Positions 19,256 through 30,067 of a stretch of DNA of 64,000 nt are shown here, one piece after another. Every line of letters starts with the position of its first letter. Within the stretch, counting starts at the first letter, position 1. The translations under genes and the position numbers were made by a program. This DNA is from Candidatus Moraniibacteriota bacterium (lineage in GTDB: Bacteria > Patescibacteriota > Minisyncoccia > Moranbacterales > UBA1568): the NCBI GenBank assembly GCA_017983435.1, contig JAGOBM010000004.1, forward strand, positions 3,818 to 67,817, read 5' to 3'. The notes below the pieces were generated by a model, which searched no databases, was not told the DNA's origin, and was given only the letters and a program-made list of their open reading frames with translations.

Positions 19256-20338
19256 CTATGAGGAAGATTTCTTGGAGAGTTTCTCAAGCGTTTCGATATA
19301 GCGCTTGGCGATCATGTTCCAGTGAAAAGTATCTTCGATGAAGCGCGCGGCCTGATCGCCGAAAGCGCGGCGCTCGTCTTCGTTTTCTGCAAGCTCATTG
19401 ATGGTCTTGACGAAGCCTCCGGTCTGCTCCGGTTTGACGAGGAACCCATTGTGCCCGTGCATGATCGCGTCGCGCAGCCCCTCGAGATCGGAAGCGACGA
19501 CCGGAAGGCCGGCCGCTCCGGCTTCGATCACGGCGATGCCGAAACCTTCCATATCTCCTGGGACACGGATATTGGGCTGGACGAAGATATCGGATGAGTG
19601 GAGGAGCGTCAGCATGTCATCTCCGGAGACACGGCCGAGCAGGATGACGCGATCGTTCATGCCGGCAGTAGTAATCGCTTCGAGGACAGCTGGCTCGTCG
19701 GGTCCTGATCCGGCGACGGCGTAGAGGATATTGCCGTTCAGGTGCGAGAGGACGTGGCGGATGAACCAGGCGACACCTTTGCGCTTCGCTAAGCGGCCGA
19801 GCGTGAGGAGGACGATCTTGTGATCGAGCGAGCGGCCGAGCAGGGTCTCAAGACGGTTTCGGTCCCGATCCCCAGCGAAGCGCTCCGTCTCGACACCGTT
19901 GGGGATGACGATGCACTTGCGGCTATTGATGCCATGCTCCGTCGCCTGCGACCGGGTGTGCTCGCTGACGCAGAGGTAACCATCGAGACGGCGGAAGCAT
20001 CCGCCCACCCAGAAACGCTGGTAGATCGTCGAGGTATAGGTGATATCGAGGCCGTGGAGCACCGTGACGACGGTCTTCCAAGGAAAACAGAACTTGAGGG
20101 CGGCACCGACCGGAGCGAGTACGCCGTCGCCGAGCAGGAGGACGTCCGAACGGAACATGAGAAAAAAGGCCTTGAGAAAAGCGTACGGGAGAAACCAAGG
20201 GAGTGCCTGCTTGCCGTGACGATTGACGATGAGTCTCGTCTCAGCGAATCTCGGCAGCCATTCGGCGAGTGCGGCATTCTGGTTCTCGATGCCGCCGGTG
20301 ATGGGCGGGAAGGCTCGGGAGATAAACAGGATTTTCAT
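19256..20338 (-). CDS. glycosyltransferase family 4
   Basis: MKILFISRAFPPITGGIENQNAALAEWL N-terminus and C-terminal EGFGIAVIEAGAAGLPVVASD motif. Confidence 0.7.
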   Translation of the reverse strand: MKILFISRAFPPITGGIENQNAALAEWLPRFAETRLIVNRHGKQALPWFLPYAFLKAFFLMFRSDVLLLGDGVLAPVGAALKFCFPWKTVVTVLHGLDITYTSTIYQRFWVGGCFRRLDGYLCVSEHTRSQATEHGINSRKCIVIPNGVETERFAGDRDRNRLETLLGRSLDHKIVLLTLGRLAKRKGVAWFIRHVLSHLNGNILYAVAGSGPDEPAVLEAITTAGMNDRVILLGRVSGDDMLTLLHSSDIFVQPNIRVPGDMEGFGIAVIEAGAAGLPVVASDLEGLRDAIMHGHNGFLVKPEQTGGFVKTINELAENEDERRAFGDQAARFIEDTFHWNMIAKRYIETLEKLSKKSSS

Positions 20339-20380
20339 ACCGTTCGCGTGCTCATTTTCAATCGAAATCGAAAATGATGG

Positions 20381-21331
20381 TTATCGGGAATACTTCTCTT
20401 TTTTCGCGAAGTACATCATGTCTTCGGTGAGCCGGCGGTTGGTCTTGATCATATCGGCCATGAGGGCGAAGACGAAGAATTGGAGCCCGATGACGAAGGT
20501 CGCGAGCGCGGAGATGAGATAGTTGCGATACGGGGTGATCTTCCAATCTTGGAAATAGTGGACGAGGAAGGCGGTGAAGAGTCCGACAGAGATGAGCATG
20601 AGGATGAGCCCGGGGATGCCGAAGAATTTCATCGGGCGCACGTCGCGGACCGCTTTCAGGATGATACGGAAGCTGTTGTTGATATAGCCGAAGACGCTCT
20701 TGACGACGCGCGACTGCCGGTCAGCAAAATAGGTGACCGTCACCGGCACGAAGGCGAGCTTGAGATTCTTGCCGAGGGCGTCGATGATGACTTCCTGGGT
20801 GTAGGTGAAATCGCCGGGCAGATTGAGCCGGAGCAGGGTCTCTCGGCTGTGGGCGCGGAAACCACAGGTGAGGTCCGGTATGACGGTGTTCATGAAGCCG
20901 CCGATGAGACGGGCGGCGAAACGATTGAGCACATTTTTGATCCATGGGATATTCTCGGCGGAAGACTCGGTGAAACGGTCGGCGCTCACCATGTCGGCAG
21001 TCTGATCGAGTATCGGACGGATGAGTTTCTCGATGTCGGTCGGGTCGAACTGTCCGTCGGCGTCGATATTAACCATGATATCAGCCTGGTTCTCGAGGGC
21101 GCGCTCGACGGCATGGCGGAAGGTCTTGCCGACGCCGCGATTCACGCCGTTGGCATAGACGAAATCAGCGCCTGCCTCGCGGGAGACTTCGATAGTCCTA
21201 TCTTTGGATCCGTCATCGATGACCTGGACGAGGACCTCGCTGATACCCTCGAAGGAGCGCGGGATGCGCTGGATGGTCTGGCCGATCTTCTCTTCTTCGT
21301 TGTACGCGGGGATATTGACGATGAGACGCAT
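20381..21331 (-). CDS. GT2 polyprenyl-phosphate glycosyltransferase (DPM1/GtrB/ArnC-like) with C-terminal TM helices
   Basis: LIVNIPAYNEEEKIGQTI...VIDDGSKDRT...NIDADGQ (DxD) GT2 core plus two C-terminal TM segments. Confidence 0.7.
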   Translation of the reverse strand: MRLIVNIPAYNEEEKIGQTIQRIPRSFEGISEVLVQVIDDGSKDRTIEVSREAGADFVYANGVNRGVGKTFRHAVERALENQADIMVNIDADGQFDPTDIEKLIRPILDQTADMVSADRFTESSAENIPWIKNVLNRFAARLIGGFMNTVIPDLTCGFRAHSRETLLRLNLPGDFTYTQEVIIDALGKNLKLAFVPVTVTYFADRQSRVVKSVFGYINNSFRIILKAVRDVRPMKFFGIPGLILMLISVGLFTAFLVHYFQDWKITPYRNYLISALATFVIGLQFFVFALMADMIKTNRRLTEDMMYFAKKEKYSR

Positions 21332-21349
21332 AGGGCGACGTTAAAAAAA

Positions 21350-21652
21350 TCAGAGAGCTGCTGCTTCAGACATTGTACCAGAAGAAGGCTGATCTGTGGT
21401 CGGAGCGGACTCTTGCTTCCGGATGAGGAGTTTCGGGTCGATGTCCGTGCATTTCCAATCGCAATTCTGTTTGACTCCTTCGAGGCCGGTGCGGATGAGG
21501 TCCTGCCGGCACTGCGCGAGCTCGGCCTCGCAATCGGCTTTGCGCGAATCGAAGTAGTGCCAGTTGACATCGTAACCGACGTACTTCATGACGAAATACG
21601 CGACAGCCGCGATATGGATAAGCCAGAGGATGTGCTTGAGCAGAGAGAACAT
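21350..21652 (-). CDS. small single-pass membrane protein, hypothetical
   Basis: 100 aa with an N-terminal TM helix. Cotranscribed position between GT2 and UGD. Confidence 0.4.
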   Translation of the reverse strand: MFSLLKHILWLIHIAAVAYFVMKYVGYDVNWHYFDSRKADCEAELAQCRQDLIRTGLEGVKQNCDWKCTDIDPKLLIRKQESAPTTDQPSSGTMSEAAAL

Positions 21653-21755
21653 GTATTCAATAAACAGTTAACAAAAAACAAACAACGTATCTGCATTATG
21701 CGAGTGATACTGAAGAAGTTCTTTGTTAACTGTTATATGTTGACTGGATCGTGAG

Positions 21756-23054
21756 TTACCGTCCGATACCCTTGTAGCGGATGCCGGCCTTGAGGAAGGC
21801 GTCCTTGTCGAGGCAGTTCTTGCCGTCGATGATGGCCTTGATCTTGTGCTTCTTGAGGAGGGCTGGGGTGATGAGCTCCTTGAATTCCCGGTGATCGGTC
21901 GCGAGGACGAGCGCATCGGATTTCTTGAGGATGGCATCGAGCGATTTGGCCGTCGAGAGGCGGAGGAGGTGTGGATCGTAGGTGATGACCTTGGCCTTGT
22001 GCTCCTCGAGGTGCTCGATGATATCGATAGCCGGCGATTCGCGGAGGTCATCGATGTTCGCTTTGTAGGCGAGACCGAGGACACCGACCGGCGTACCGTT
22101 GAGAGCGACCTTGGCATCGTTCAGGAGATCCTGCAGGAGCTCGACGGTGTAGGCCGGCATGGAGTTGTTGATCTCGCGGGCGATCTTGAGGAAACGATGA
22201 TCGAAACCGGACTGCTTGGCGCGTTCGATCAGATAGTACGGATCGACTGGGATGCAGTGTCCGCCGACGCCGCAGGATGGGAAGTGAGGCATGAAGGAGA
22301 ACGGTTTGGTGGAGGCTCCCTGGATCACATCTTTCACGTCGATGCCGAGTACATCGAATGAGCGGGCGAGCTCATTGACGAAAGCGATGTTGATATCGCG
22401 GAACGAGTTTTCGACGACCTTGACCGCCTCTGCTTCGCGGATCGATTTCATCGGACGGATCTCGCCGTCGACGATAGCGCGGTAGAATTCGAGCGCCATC
22501 TTGAGACCCTTGGCATCGAAAGCTCCGACGACACGCGGAATATTGGTGACGTTCCATTTCTCATCGCCTGGGTTGATACGCTCCGGGCAGTGGGCGATGA
22601 AGACGTCCTTGCCGAGCTTGTGCCCGTGCTCCTCGAAGATCGGGCGGATGACTTCTTCGGAGACACCTGGGTTCACGGTCGATTCGAGCACGACGAGCGC
22701 ACCTTTCTTCAGATGTTCAGCCGAGACGGTCGCGGCCGAGATGACCGGCTCGAGGTCTGGATAGTACATCTCATCGACTGGAGTCGGCACACAGATGAGG
22801 ACGATATCCGCATCCGCGAGACGGGAGGCGTCAGTCGTCGCCTCAAAAGGGAATTTCGGGATATTGTCGATCAGGTACTGGTCTTCGATCGGACTCTTCT
22901 TCTTTTTGAGGACCTCGACTTTCTCCGCGTGCGTGTCGAAGCCGATGACCGTATATCCACGTTCGACGGCGCGTACGGCGAGAGGGAGTCCGACATACCC
23001 GAGACCGATTACGGCCACTGTCTTTTTCTGTACTGTTCCCATAAGGGTGATCAT
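21756..23054 (-). CDS. ugd: UDP-glucose 6-dehydrogenase / nucleotide-sugar dehydrogenase family
   Basis: Rossmann N-terminus VAVIGLGYVGLPLAVRAVERGYTVIGFD, catalytic Cys region (FSFMPHFPSCGVGGHCIPVDP) and a C-terminal UDP-binding domain. Confidence 0.75.
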   Translation of the reverse strand: MITLMGTVQKKTVAVIGLGYVGLPLAVRAVERGYTVIGFDTHAEKVEVLKKKKSPIEDQYLIDNIPKFPFEATTDASRLADADIVLICVPTPVDEMYYPDLEPVISAATVSAEHLKKGALVVLESTVNPGVSEEVIRPIFEEHGHKLGKDVFIAHCPERINPGDEKWNVTNIPRVVGAFDAKGLKMALEFYRAIVDGEIRPMKSIREAEAVKVVENSFRDINIAFVNELARSFDVLGIDVKDVIQGASTKPFSFMPHFPSCGVGGHCIPVDPYYLIERAKQSGFDHRFLKIAREINNSMPAYTVELLQDLLNDAKVALNGTPVGVLGLAYKANIDDLRESPAIDIIEHLEEHKAKVITYDPHLLRLSTAKSLDAILKKSDALVLATDHREFKELITPALLKKHKIKAIIDGKNCLDKDAFLKAGIRYKGIGR

Positions 23055-23280
23055 TTAGGATAACGCCCCGTATTATACGGAAGAGCTCCCTTTTGGGCAA
23101 TATTTTCCATAATTCTGGAAGATTGACAAAAGGATAGGGAGGGTAGATGGTTTGCCGAGCTACAAAAGCAGTTCTTCTCCTTACTGTTGCCTCGGAAGTC
23201 CTGGGGCTAGGATAAGAACTCTTTTGCGGATCAGTAAACCGTGATACTTGTTGTTTTTCAATCGGATGGAGTAGTATGGA

Positions 23281-23892
23281 GTGAAGAAAAAATCTATGAT
23301 ACTTACTCCAAAAATCGAGAAGGCTATTACCCGGTCCGCCGAGCTGCACCGGCATCAGGAGCGCAAGGGCAACGGCGCACCCTATATCGTGCATCCGTAC
23401 GCGGTCGCTTTTCTCCTGGCTCACTATACAAATGATGAGGATGTCATCTGTGCCGGACTCCTGCACGATATTCTTGAAGACGTGCCAAGCTATGGTGCGG
23501 AGCGGATGCAGGCGGAATTCGGCGAGCGGGTGTACCGGATCGTCAAAGAGGTGACCGAGGATCGTGATCCGACCGGCGGATGGAGCCTCTTGCCGAAGAA
23601 GAATCATTGGCGGGAGCGCAAGGAGCGCTATATCGAGAATCTCAAGAACGACAGCGAAGAAGCGCTGCTCATCGCCTGCGCTGACAAGATCCAGAATCTC
23701 CGCTCGCTCGTGGATGCCTACGCGCTCCGGGGTGATGCTCTTCTCGCTCACTTCCGGGCGGGCAAGGAGGAGATGCTCTGGTTTTACGAGACGGTATTTC
23801 AGGTCATTTCCGAGCGTTTCCATCATCCATTGGTGCATGAGCTGCGCCGGTCGCTTGATGAAGCCAAAAAACGGGTGTTTTTGACCGTCTGA
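23281..23892 (+). CDS. HD-domain protein, RelA/SpoT-type small alarmone hydrolase-like
   Basis: HRHQERKGNGAPYIVHPYAVAFLLAHY...GLLHDILEDV is the ppGpp-hydrolase HD signature. Probable start at MILTPK (23296). Confidence 0.6.
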   Translation: MKKKSMILTPKIEKAITRSAELHRHQERKGNGAPYIVHPYAVAFLLAHYTNDEDVICAGLLHDILEDVPSYGAERMQAEFGERVYRIVKEVTEDRDPTGGWSLLPKKNHWRERKERYIENLKNDSEEALLIACADKIQNLRSLVDAYALRGDALLAHFRAGKEEMLWFYETVFQVISERFHHPLVHELRRSLDEAKKRVFLTV

Positions 23893-23988
23893 ATTGACTC
23901 TATACAAAAAAAGTGGTATAATATATTAGTAAGTGGCCGCGAGTCGAAAGGTTCGCGGTTTTCGTATTCCTTGGTACAATAAGCAGGT

Positions 23989-25203
23989 ATGAAAATAGGC
24001 ATCAACGCATCGTTTCTTCGGAAGCCTGGGACCGGTATCGGACAGGTCACGGCTAACTTTTTGGAAAAGTTGGCCGAATATGGAATGCAGAATATCGAAT
24101 ATCGGAAAGAATCCGAAAAATCTACATTCAATATTTCACATTCCACATTCATCCTGTATACCCAGGAGCCGACCGATATCGCGCTGCCGGAAAATTTTGA
24201 GGTGAAATCGTTCCTGCCGCGCTGGTGGAGACGGGATGACGTGCCGCGGCAGCTCCTGTGGGAGCGCGAGCTCGCCAGTCGAGCCACTGAAGACGGCTGT
24301 GATGTTTTTGTATCGCTCTACCAATCCGCAACGATCTTTCCAAAATCCAAAATCCAAAATCCAGAATCGTCACTTCGGCATGTTATGGTGGTGCACGATA
24401 TCATCCCGAAGCTCTTTCCGGAGTATCTCGGGTCGCTTTCCCGACGCTGGCACTGGCGCGGCATCGAGCGGGGTATACGGAGAGCGGATCATATCATCGC
24501 CGTATCGCAGTCTACAGAGGAGGATATAGAGAAGCATCTCAGTGTTGTGCCGGAGCGCATCTCAGTCGCGCACCCCGGACTCTCGCCGATTTTTGCCACT
24601 CCGGCTTCGGATGAGCAGGTGAATGAGACGCTCGCCCGCTATGGTCTCGAGCGCGGCTATATCTATCATGGCGGAGGGCTCGAGATCCGCAAGAATACTC
24701 AGGCAGTACTCGAGGCCTACGCGCTCCTGCGGGGCGACCCGACGGTCGCTCATATGCCGCCGATCGTCATTTCCGGACAGATACACCCCAAAACCAATCC
24801 ACTCGCGACCGATGTCGTCGGTTTGATCGAATCGCTCAGCCTCAGCCACGCGGTCTATCTGCTCGGCCGTGTCCCGGAGGCGGATCTGCCGGCGCTCTAT
24901 CGTGGCGCTTCGCTCTTCATCTACCCGTCGTTCTATGAGGGATTCGGATTGCCTCCGGTCGAAGCGTTTTCACAGTCGACCCCGGTGATCGCCTCGCGCG
25001 CTTCATCGCTGCCGGAAATCTGCGGCGACGCGGCACTGTTCGTCGATCCCGGAGAGCTGGATGATATCGCTGCGGCGCTGCGGCGGCTGCTCAATGACGC
25101 GGAGCTCCGAGCCGAGCTCGGCGAGCGGGGCTACCAGCGGTCGCAGGATTTCTCCTACGAGCGTTTCGTCGAGACGATAATCAAGCGATGCCTCTCTCTA
25201 TGA
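23989..25203 (+). CDS. glycosyltransferase family 4
   Basis: C-terminal [31 protein letters not shown]. Contains in-frame (CCAAAAT)n tract. Confidence 0.7.
   Translation: MKIGINASFLRKPGTGIGQVTANFLEKLAEYGMQNIEYRKESEKSTFNISHSTFILYTQEPTDIALPENFEVKSFLPRWWRRDDVPRQLLWERELASRATEDGCDVFVSLYQSATIFPKSKIQNPESSLRHVMVVHDIIPKLFPEYLGSLSRRWHWRGIERGIRRADHIIAVSQSTEEDIEKHLSVVPERISVAHPGLSPIFATPASDEQVNETLARYGLERGYIYHGGGLEIRKNTQAVLEAYALLRGDPTVAHMPPIVISGQIHPKTNPLATDVVGLIESLSLSHAVYLLGRVPEADLPALYRGASLFIYPSFYEGFGLPPVEAFSQSTPVIASRASSLPEICGDAALFVDPGELDDIAAALRRLLNDAELRAELGERGYQRSQDFSYERFVETIIKRCLSL
24340..24369. repeat. (CCAAAAT)~4 heptanucleotide microsatellite in frame within GT4 gene
   Basis: ccaaaatccaaaatccaaaatccagaatcg encodes [13 protein letters not shown]-rich in a GC-rich gene. 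Confidence 0.65.
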
Positions 25204-26792
25204 CCATGACCGATCTGCAATCATCTTTCTCCGGCGCGATAGGCTATGTGAGACGCCATCGGATCAAGTTTGCGCTCCAGGCGGCAAATATCGTGTTCGG
25301 CGTTCTAGCACTCAGTCTCGCTCTGTCGGGGGTGCTACCGATGAGTCTGGTGAATTTCGTCTTCTTCTCTTTCCTTCTCCTGCTCGTTGCGCTCTATCGT
25401 CCGGTCTGGATATTTCTCCTCCTCGTCGGCATGCTGCCGTACGAGATCGTCAATCTGGCTCCGGCCGAGGTCGGCTTCATGTTGCGACCGTATCAGTGGC
25501 TCATGATTATCCTCCTTGGAGCGGTCGTCATCCGATGGTTTGTCGGGCGTCGGGCAGTGCCGAATCTTCGCTTCGTCTGGATCGACGCTCTGCCGGCCGT
25601 GTTTTCCATGGGCGCGTTGATCGCTGCAATCGGGGCGCATCCGTCCGGACCCGCCTTCCGGCTCGCGCTCATCCTCTCGAGTTTCGTCGGGCTGTATTTC
25701 GTCGTGAGGCTGTTCATCCGATCTGCCAAAGAAGCGGTCCACGTCGTGCCGTTCCTCTCGGCATCGTTTGCTATCGTTGCGCTCTGGTCGCTCATGCAGA
25801 ATATCCTCTTCGCTCTGGGAGGGGCACATTTCGAGGTGATGGCCGGTCGACCCAACGGATCGTTTTCTGAGCCGGATTGGCTCGGCATGTATCTGCTCTT
25901 CTTCGTCGCGCTCGCGCTCGCCTGGCTCTATCGTCATCTGGTGCTGCGGCAGCGCCCGATCCTCTCCATCGCTCCATCACTCCTCCTTTTCCTCGCCTCG
26001 CTCGTGCTTTTCCTCTCGATGACTCGCAGCGCCTGGATCGGCCTGGCAGCGATGGGAGCATTCTTCGCGCTCGCGGTGATGACGGTCTCTATGAAGCTCG
26101 GTGAGCCGAAGCGGGGAGCGCGGCTCCTCGGCCAGTCGGCGGGTATCATCGTGATCGCTCTCCTCTTGATCCCGCTTCTCCATCTGTCGCGCTTCGATAT
26201 ATTTGATCGGGCGGCCTCGACCGGCGGCGAGCAGAAGATCACCATCGCATGTGATGGAGACTCGACCCTGCCGGTACGCCTGGAAAAAATCGAGAGCCTG
26301 GATCAGCTGTCTGCGTGGCACTGCCGGCATATCATGCTCGAAGATATCGCAATGGAGCAGGCGGCTGGAAGATCCATCACCACGGTCTATCGCGATGATC
26401 CCAATGTCTCGATCCGGAAATCGATCTATGAGCGCATCTTTGCATCCGGATCCGAGCGTCCGGTCCAGGGCATCGGGTGGGGCAATATCGGCACGCGGCT
26501 CGGATCGGATGAGCGCGGTGCGGCTCTCAACGCGAGCAATATGTTTCTCGAGTTCTGGCTCGGCAGCGGCCTCATCGGCCTCGTCGCTTTCTCGCTCCTG
26601 TGGTTCGTGCTCGGTTTCCAGTCCGGACGCCTCGCTCTGTCGGGCGGGCAGGAGGAAGTAGCTTTTCCGCTCTTCTTCCATCTGGCCTGGATCGGCTGCA
26701 CGGTTTTCAATCTGTTCAATTCCGGTATTCTGCTCGGGTTCTTCTTCTTCCTGCTCGGGCTCGGAGGACTCTTGTTCCAGAGACGATCATAA
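25188..26792 (+). CDS. O-antigen ligase / Wzy_C family membrane protein (second copy)
   Basis: Polytopic protein with LFLSMTRSAWIGLAAMGAF motif and a large extracytoplasmic loop. Overlaps upstream GT4 stop (ATGA). Confidence 0.6.
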   Translation: MPLSMTMTDLQSSFSGAIGYVRRHRIKFALQAANIVFGVLALSLALSGVLPMSLVNFVFFSFLLLLVALYRPVWIFLLLVGMLPYEIVNLAPAEVGFMLRPYQWLMIILLGAVVIRWFVGRRAVPNLRFVWIDALPAVFSMGALIAAIGAHPSGPAFRLALILSSFVGLYFVVRLFIRSAKEAVHVVPFLSASFAIVALWSLMQNILFALGGAHFEVMAGRPNGSFSEPDWLGMYLLFFVALALAWLYRHLVLRQRPILSIAPSLLLFLASLVLFLSMTRSAWIGLAAMGAFFALAVMTVSMKLGEPKRGARLLGQSAGIIVIALLLIPLLHLSRFDIFDRAASTGGEQKITIACDGDSTLPVRLEKIESLDQLSAWHCRHIMLEDIAMEQAAGRSITTVYRDDPNVSIRKSIYERIFASGSERPVQGIGWGNIGTRLGSDERGAALNASNMFLEFWLGSGLIGLVAFSLLWFVLGFQSGRLALSGGQEEVAFPLFFHLAWIGCTVFNLFNSGILLGFFFFLLGLGGLLFQRRS

Positions 26793-26816
26793 TCCCGTCG
26801 GATATTTCTCATACAT

Positions 26817-27953
26817 ATGCAAAAAACGATAGCGATCGATATCCGGCTCCTCGGCAAGCGACGGACCGGAGATGAGATGGTCTTCCGGCATCTGACCCGC
26901 GGAGTGCTCGCGCTCGATCGGGAGAACCGCTATCTCCTCCTGACTGATGAGACCGATCGGAGCCGGCTGACGGCGCTCTATCATGAGCTCGATATCGTCG
27001 GACGGGAGCATGTCGAGATCGTCACGCTCTCCGGACGCAATCGCTTCGTATGGAACCTGCTCTCCGTGCCGCGCTTCCTCATGCGACAGCACATCGATGT
27101 CTTCCATACGCAGTACATACTGCCGCTCTTCGTGCCGCGCCGGACCCGGGTAGTCCTGCATATTCATGACGTCTCATTCCGCGCGATGCCGTGGATGATC
27201 GGATGGAAAGACCGGCTGTTCCTCTCGGCACTCATACCGCACGCGCTCCGCCGGGCCGATACGATCGTCGTGCCGTCGCAGTTCACTCGCGATGAGATCG
27301 TCGGCTACTACGGGGTCGGATCGTCGAAGGTCGCCGTAGTGCCCAATGCGCTCGGAGAAGGTTTCGATCGGGAAGCGACCGATGCGGAAGTAGGAGTAGC
27401 CCGCGAGCGCTACGGACTGCCGGAGCGATATATCGTCGCGGTTGGCACGCTGCAGCCTCGGAAGAATCTCCCGCTCCTGATCCGGGCGGTCGCCAAGCTT
27501 CGTGAGCGGGACCCGTCTCTTCAGTTGGTCCTGGTTGGCAATCGGGCTGGCCATCATTTTGATAGCGAGGTTGATCATGCGATTGCGGAGACCCGCCTCG
27601 GCGATGCCGTGGTATTTCCGGGATTCGTGGCGGCCGGAGATCTGGCAGCGGTGGTGCGAGGCGCGCTCGTCTATGCGTTCCCGTCCCGCTATGAGGGTTT
27701 TGGTATACCGCTCCTCGAGGCGATGAGTCAGGGGGTGCCGGTCGCGGCATCAGATATCCCGTGCCTCCGGGAAGTGGCAGGGGACGCGGCTGTCTATTTT
27801 GACCCGACCAGGGTTGATGCCTGCGCGGAAATCCTGTATACTCTGACCATTGACTCTGACCTGAGAAGCCGGCTTATTGGAGCTGGAAAGTCGTGCATTG
27901 CGCGGTATTCATGGGAGCGGAGCGCTCAATTGTTAGCAGAAATATATGCCTGA
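26817..27953 (+). CDS. glycosyltransferase family 4
   Basis: PSRYEGFGIPLLEAMSQGVPVAASDIPCLREVAGDAAVYFDP. Confidence 0.7.
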   Translation: MQKTIAIDIRLLGKRRTGDEMVFRHLTRGVLALDRENRYLLLTDETDRSRLTALYHELDIVGREHVEIVTLSGRNRFVWNLLSVPRFLMRQHIDVFHTQYILPLFVPRRTRVVLHIHDVSFRAMPWMIGWKDRLFLSALIPHALRRADTIVVPSQFTRDEIVGYYGVGSSKVAVVPNALGEGFDREATDAEVGVARERYGLPERYIVAVGTLQPRKNLPLLIRAVAKLRERDPSLQLVLVGNRAGHHFDSEVDHAIAETRLGDAVVFPGFVAAGDLAAVVRGALVYAFPSRYEGFGIPLLEAMSQGVPVAASDIPCLREVAGDAAVYFDPTRVDACAEILYTLTIDSDLRSRLIGAGKSCIARYSWERSAQLLAEIYA

Positions 27954-29172
27954 GAATAATTACATGAGAGGAGTTTCGACCGACCCGAATATCGGAAGGC
28001 CGGCTCCGCAGAAGGAGAAGCCGAAGCGGAAGAAGTGGCACGTCGCGCTCATCATCCTCGTACTCCTCGCGCTCGCCGGGGGAGCTTTTATGTGGAAGAC
28101 CGGGACTCTTCTCAACAAGATCTCCGGCGGCAATGCCAATATCTTCACGAGCCTGGTCAAGAATCTGCCTGGCGTGGAGAAGAAGCTCGAGGGTGAAGAA
28201 TCCGGCAAGATCAATATCCTCCTCCTCGGCATGCGCGGAGAGGGTGTCGAAGGTGGCGGACTGCTTGCGGATACCATCATGGTGCTCTCGATCCATCCGA
28301 AGCAGGAGGGCAATGACGCCGATCAGCCTCGCGCATCGCTCGTCAGCATCCCGCGCGACCTTTATGTCAAAGTCCCGGGTCAGGATTGGCAGAGCAAGAT
28401 CAACGCGGTCTATGCCGAGGGCGAGAAGCGCGAGCTCCACAAGGGCGGCATGGATGATATGCGTACTATCGTCGGCGAGATCAGCGGTATGGATATCCCG
28501 TACGCGGTGACAATCAATTTCCAGGGATTCAAGGATCTGGTCAATGCGCTCGGCGGAGTCAAAATCACGCTCGATCAGCCGTTTGAAGAATCGCTCCAGT
28601 TCCGTGAGCCGCAGGTCTGCGATGCGTATACGTTTACGATTCCGACCAAACCTCCGCAGTACCAGTACAAGTACTACACGCGCTCCGAAGGGACACGGTA
28701 TATCTCCAAGGTATATCCGCTCTGCTACAACCCGAACGTCGAGTGCGGCGGGGATTTCAAATTGGCAGCTGGCGAGAATACGCTCGATGGCGACAAGGCA
28801 CTCTGCTATTCCCGCTCCCGCAAGACCTCCAATGACTTCGAGCGCGCCAAGCGTCAGCAGCAGGTGATCTCGGCGCTCAAGAAGCAGGCGCTCAGCACCG
28901 GTACGCTCACGAGTTTTGACAAGATCACCGGCGTCATGGACAGCCTCGGCAACAACGTCCGCACCAATCTCGAAGCCTGGGAGATGCAGCGTTTCTTCGA
29001 GCTCTACGTGAAGTCAGGCGATGTCGAGCCGAAGTCCAAGGTGCTCGATACGACTGATGAAGGACTGCTCTATTTCCCGGAGAAGGACAAGTACCCAGGT
29101 GCTGGTTCGATCATCCTGCCGCGTGGCGACAACTATGATCAGATCCGAGCGCTCTTCCAGACGCTGCCGTAG
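27946..29172 (+). CDS. LytR-CpsA-Psr (LCP) family glycopolymer-to-peptidoglycan ligase
   Basis: N-terminal TM anchor, then NILLLGMRGEG...ADTIMVLSIHP...VSIPRDLYVKVPG...NAVYAEGE...DGDKALCYSRSRK, diagnostic of the LCP domain. Confidence 0.75.
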   Translation: MPENNYMRGVSTDPNIGRPAPQKEKPKRKKWHVALIILVLLALAGGAFMWKTGTLLNKISGGNANIFTSLVKNLPGVEKKLEGEESGKINILLLGMRGEGVEGGGLLADTIMVLSIHPKQEGNDADQPRASLVSIPRDLYVKVPGQDWQSKINAVYAEGEKRELHKGGMDDMRTIVGEISGMDIPYAVTINFQGFKDLVNALGGVKITLDQPFEESLQFREPQVCDAYTFTIPTKPPQYQYKYYTRSEGTRYISKVYPLCYNPNVECGGDFKLAAGENTLDGDKALCYSRSRKTSNDFERAKRQQQVISALKKQALSTGTLTSFDKITGVMDSLGNNVRTNLEAWEMQRFFELYVKSGDVEPKSKVLDTTDEGLLYFPEKDKYPGAGSIILPRGDNYDQIRALFQTLP

Positions 29173-29205
29173 TCTCGATCTCTCGTCTCTCTTAAGCAGA
29201 ATCGG

Positions 29206-30024
29206 ATGGAACCGCTCGTCTCTATCGCTGTCAACGGCTACAAGAATCCGGAGCTCCTCCGGCTCTGCCTCCAGGCGCTCTATCGCGAGCTCGAGGGGGC
29301 TCCGTTCCTGTATGAGGTGATTGTTGCCGACAGCGCGACCGAGGAGGATACTGAGCTCATCATGCGCGAAGAGTTTCCGGAAGCCCGGTTCTTTCCGTTT
29401 ACTGACAATGTCGGTTTCAAGAAGCTGTTCAATACTTCGCTCGAAGAAGCGCGGGGCAAATATGTCTTCCTCATCAACAGTGATATCCTCATCAAGCGCG
29501 ACACGATACCGACGCTCATGCGCTACCTCGAGGAGCATCCAGAGACCAAGCTCGTCGGACCGAAGCAGATGAATTTCAACGGGACGCTCCAGCTGAGCTG
29601 TTTCCGCTACTATCAGCCTGAGACGATACTCTATCGCCGCACCTGGCTCGGCCGCCTGCCATTTGGTCGTCGGCATCTCGACTGGTTCCTGATGAGCGAG
29701 TATGACCACGCATCGCCCCGAGGAGTCGATTGGATTACCGGGTCGGCGATGTTCGTCGAGCGCGAGGCAGCGCTCACGGTCGGGCCGATGGATGACCGCT
29801 TCTTCATGTATATGGAGGATGTCGATTGGTGCCGGCGCTTCTGGGAGCACGGTTTTCGCGTCGTCTATGATCCGGAGGCAGTCGCCTATCACTATCATGC
29901 CAAGGGCAGCGCGCGCGGAGGGATACTCGGACTCTTCTTTAATCGGCTGACCTGGTGGCATATCGCGAGCGCCTATCGCTATTTCATGAAATATCTCGGC
30001 AAGCCGGTACCAGAAGTCCGGTAG
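29206..30024 (+). CDS. glycosyltransferase family 2 (rhamnosyl/WbbL-like)
   Basis: VSIAVNGYKNPELLRLCLQAL...VIVADSATEED...INSDIL...YMEDVDWCRRF GT2 motifs. Confidence 0.65.
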   Translation: MEPLVSIAVNGYKNPELLRLCLQALYRELEGAPFLYEVIVADSATEEDTELIMREEFPEARFFPFTDNVGFKKLFNTSLEEARGKYVFLINSDILIKRDTIPTLMRYLEEHPETKLVGPKQMNFNGTLQLSCFRYYQPETILYRRTWLGRLPFGRRHLDWFLMSEYDHASPRGVDWITGSAMFVEREAALTVGPMDDRFFMYMEDVDWCRRFWEHGFRVVYDPEAVAYHYHAKGSARGGILGLFFNRLTWWHIASAYRYFMKYLGKPVPEVR

Positions 30025-30067
30025 ACCACGGAGAGGGATAGCAGCTAATAACACAGACAACAAAACT

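Noticed and set aside
20480-21754. 424-aa plus-strand ORF
   Set aside because: Antisense to the GT2 and small-membrane genes. Acidic low-complexity.
22843-23907. 354-aa minus-strand ORF spanning ugd start and the HD gene
   Set aside because: Overlaps two well-supported genes on both strands and crosses a promoter region. No motifs.
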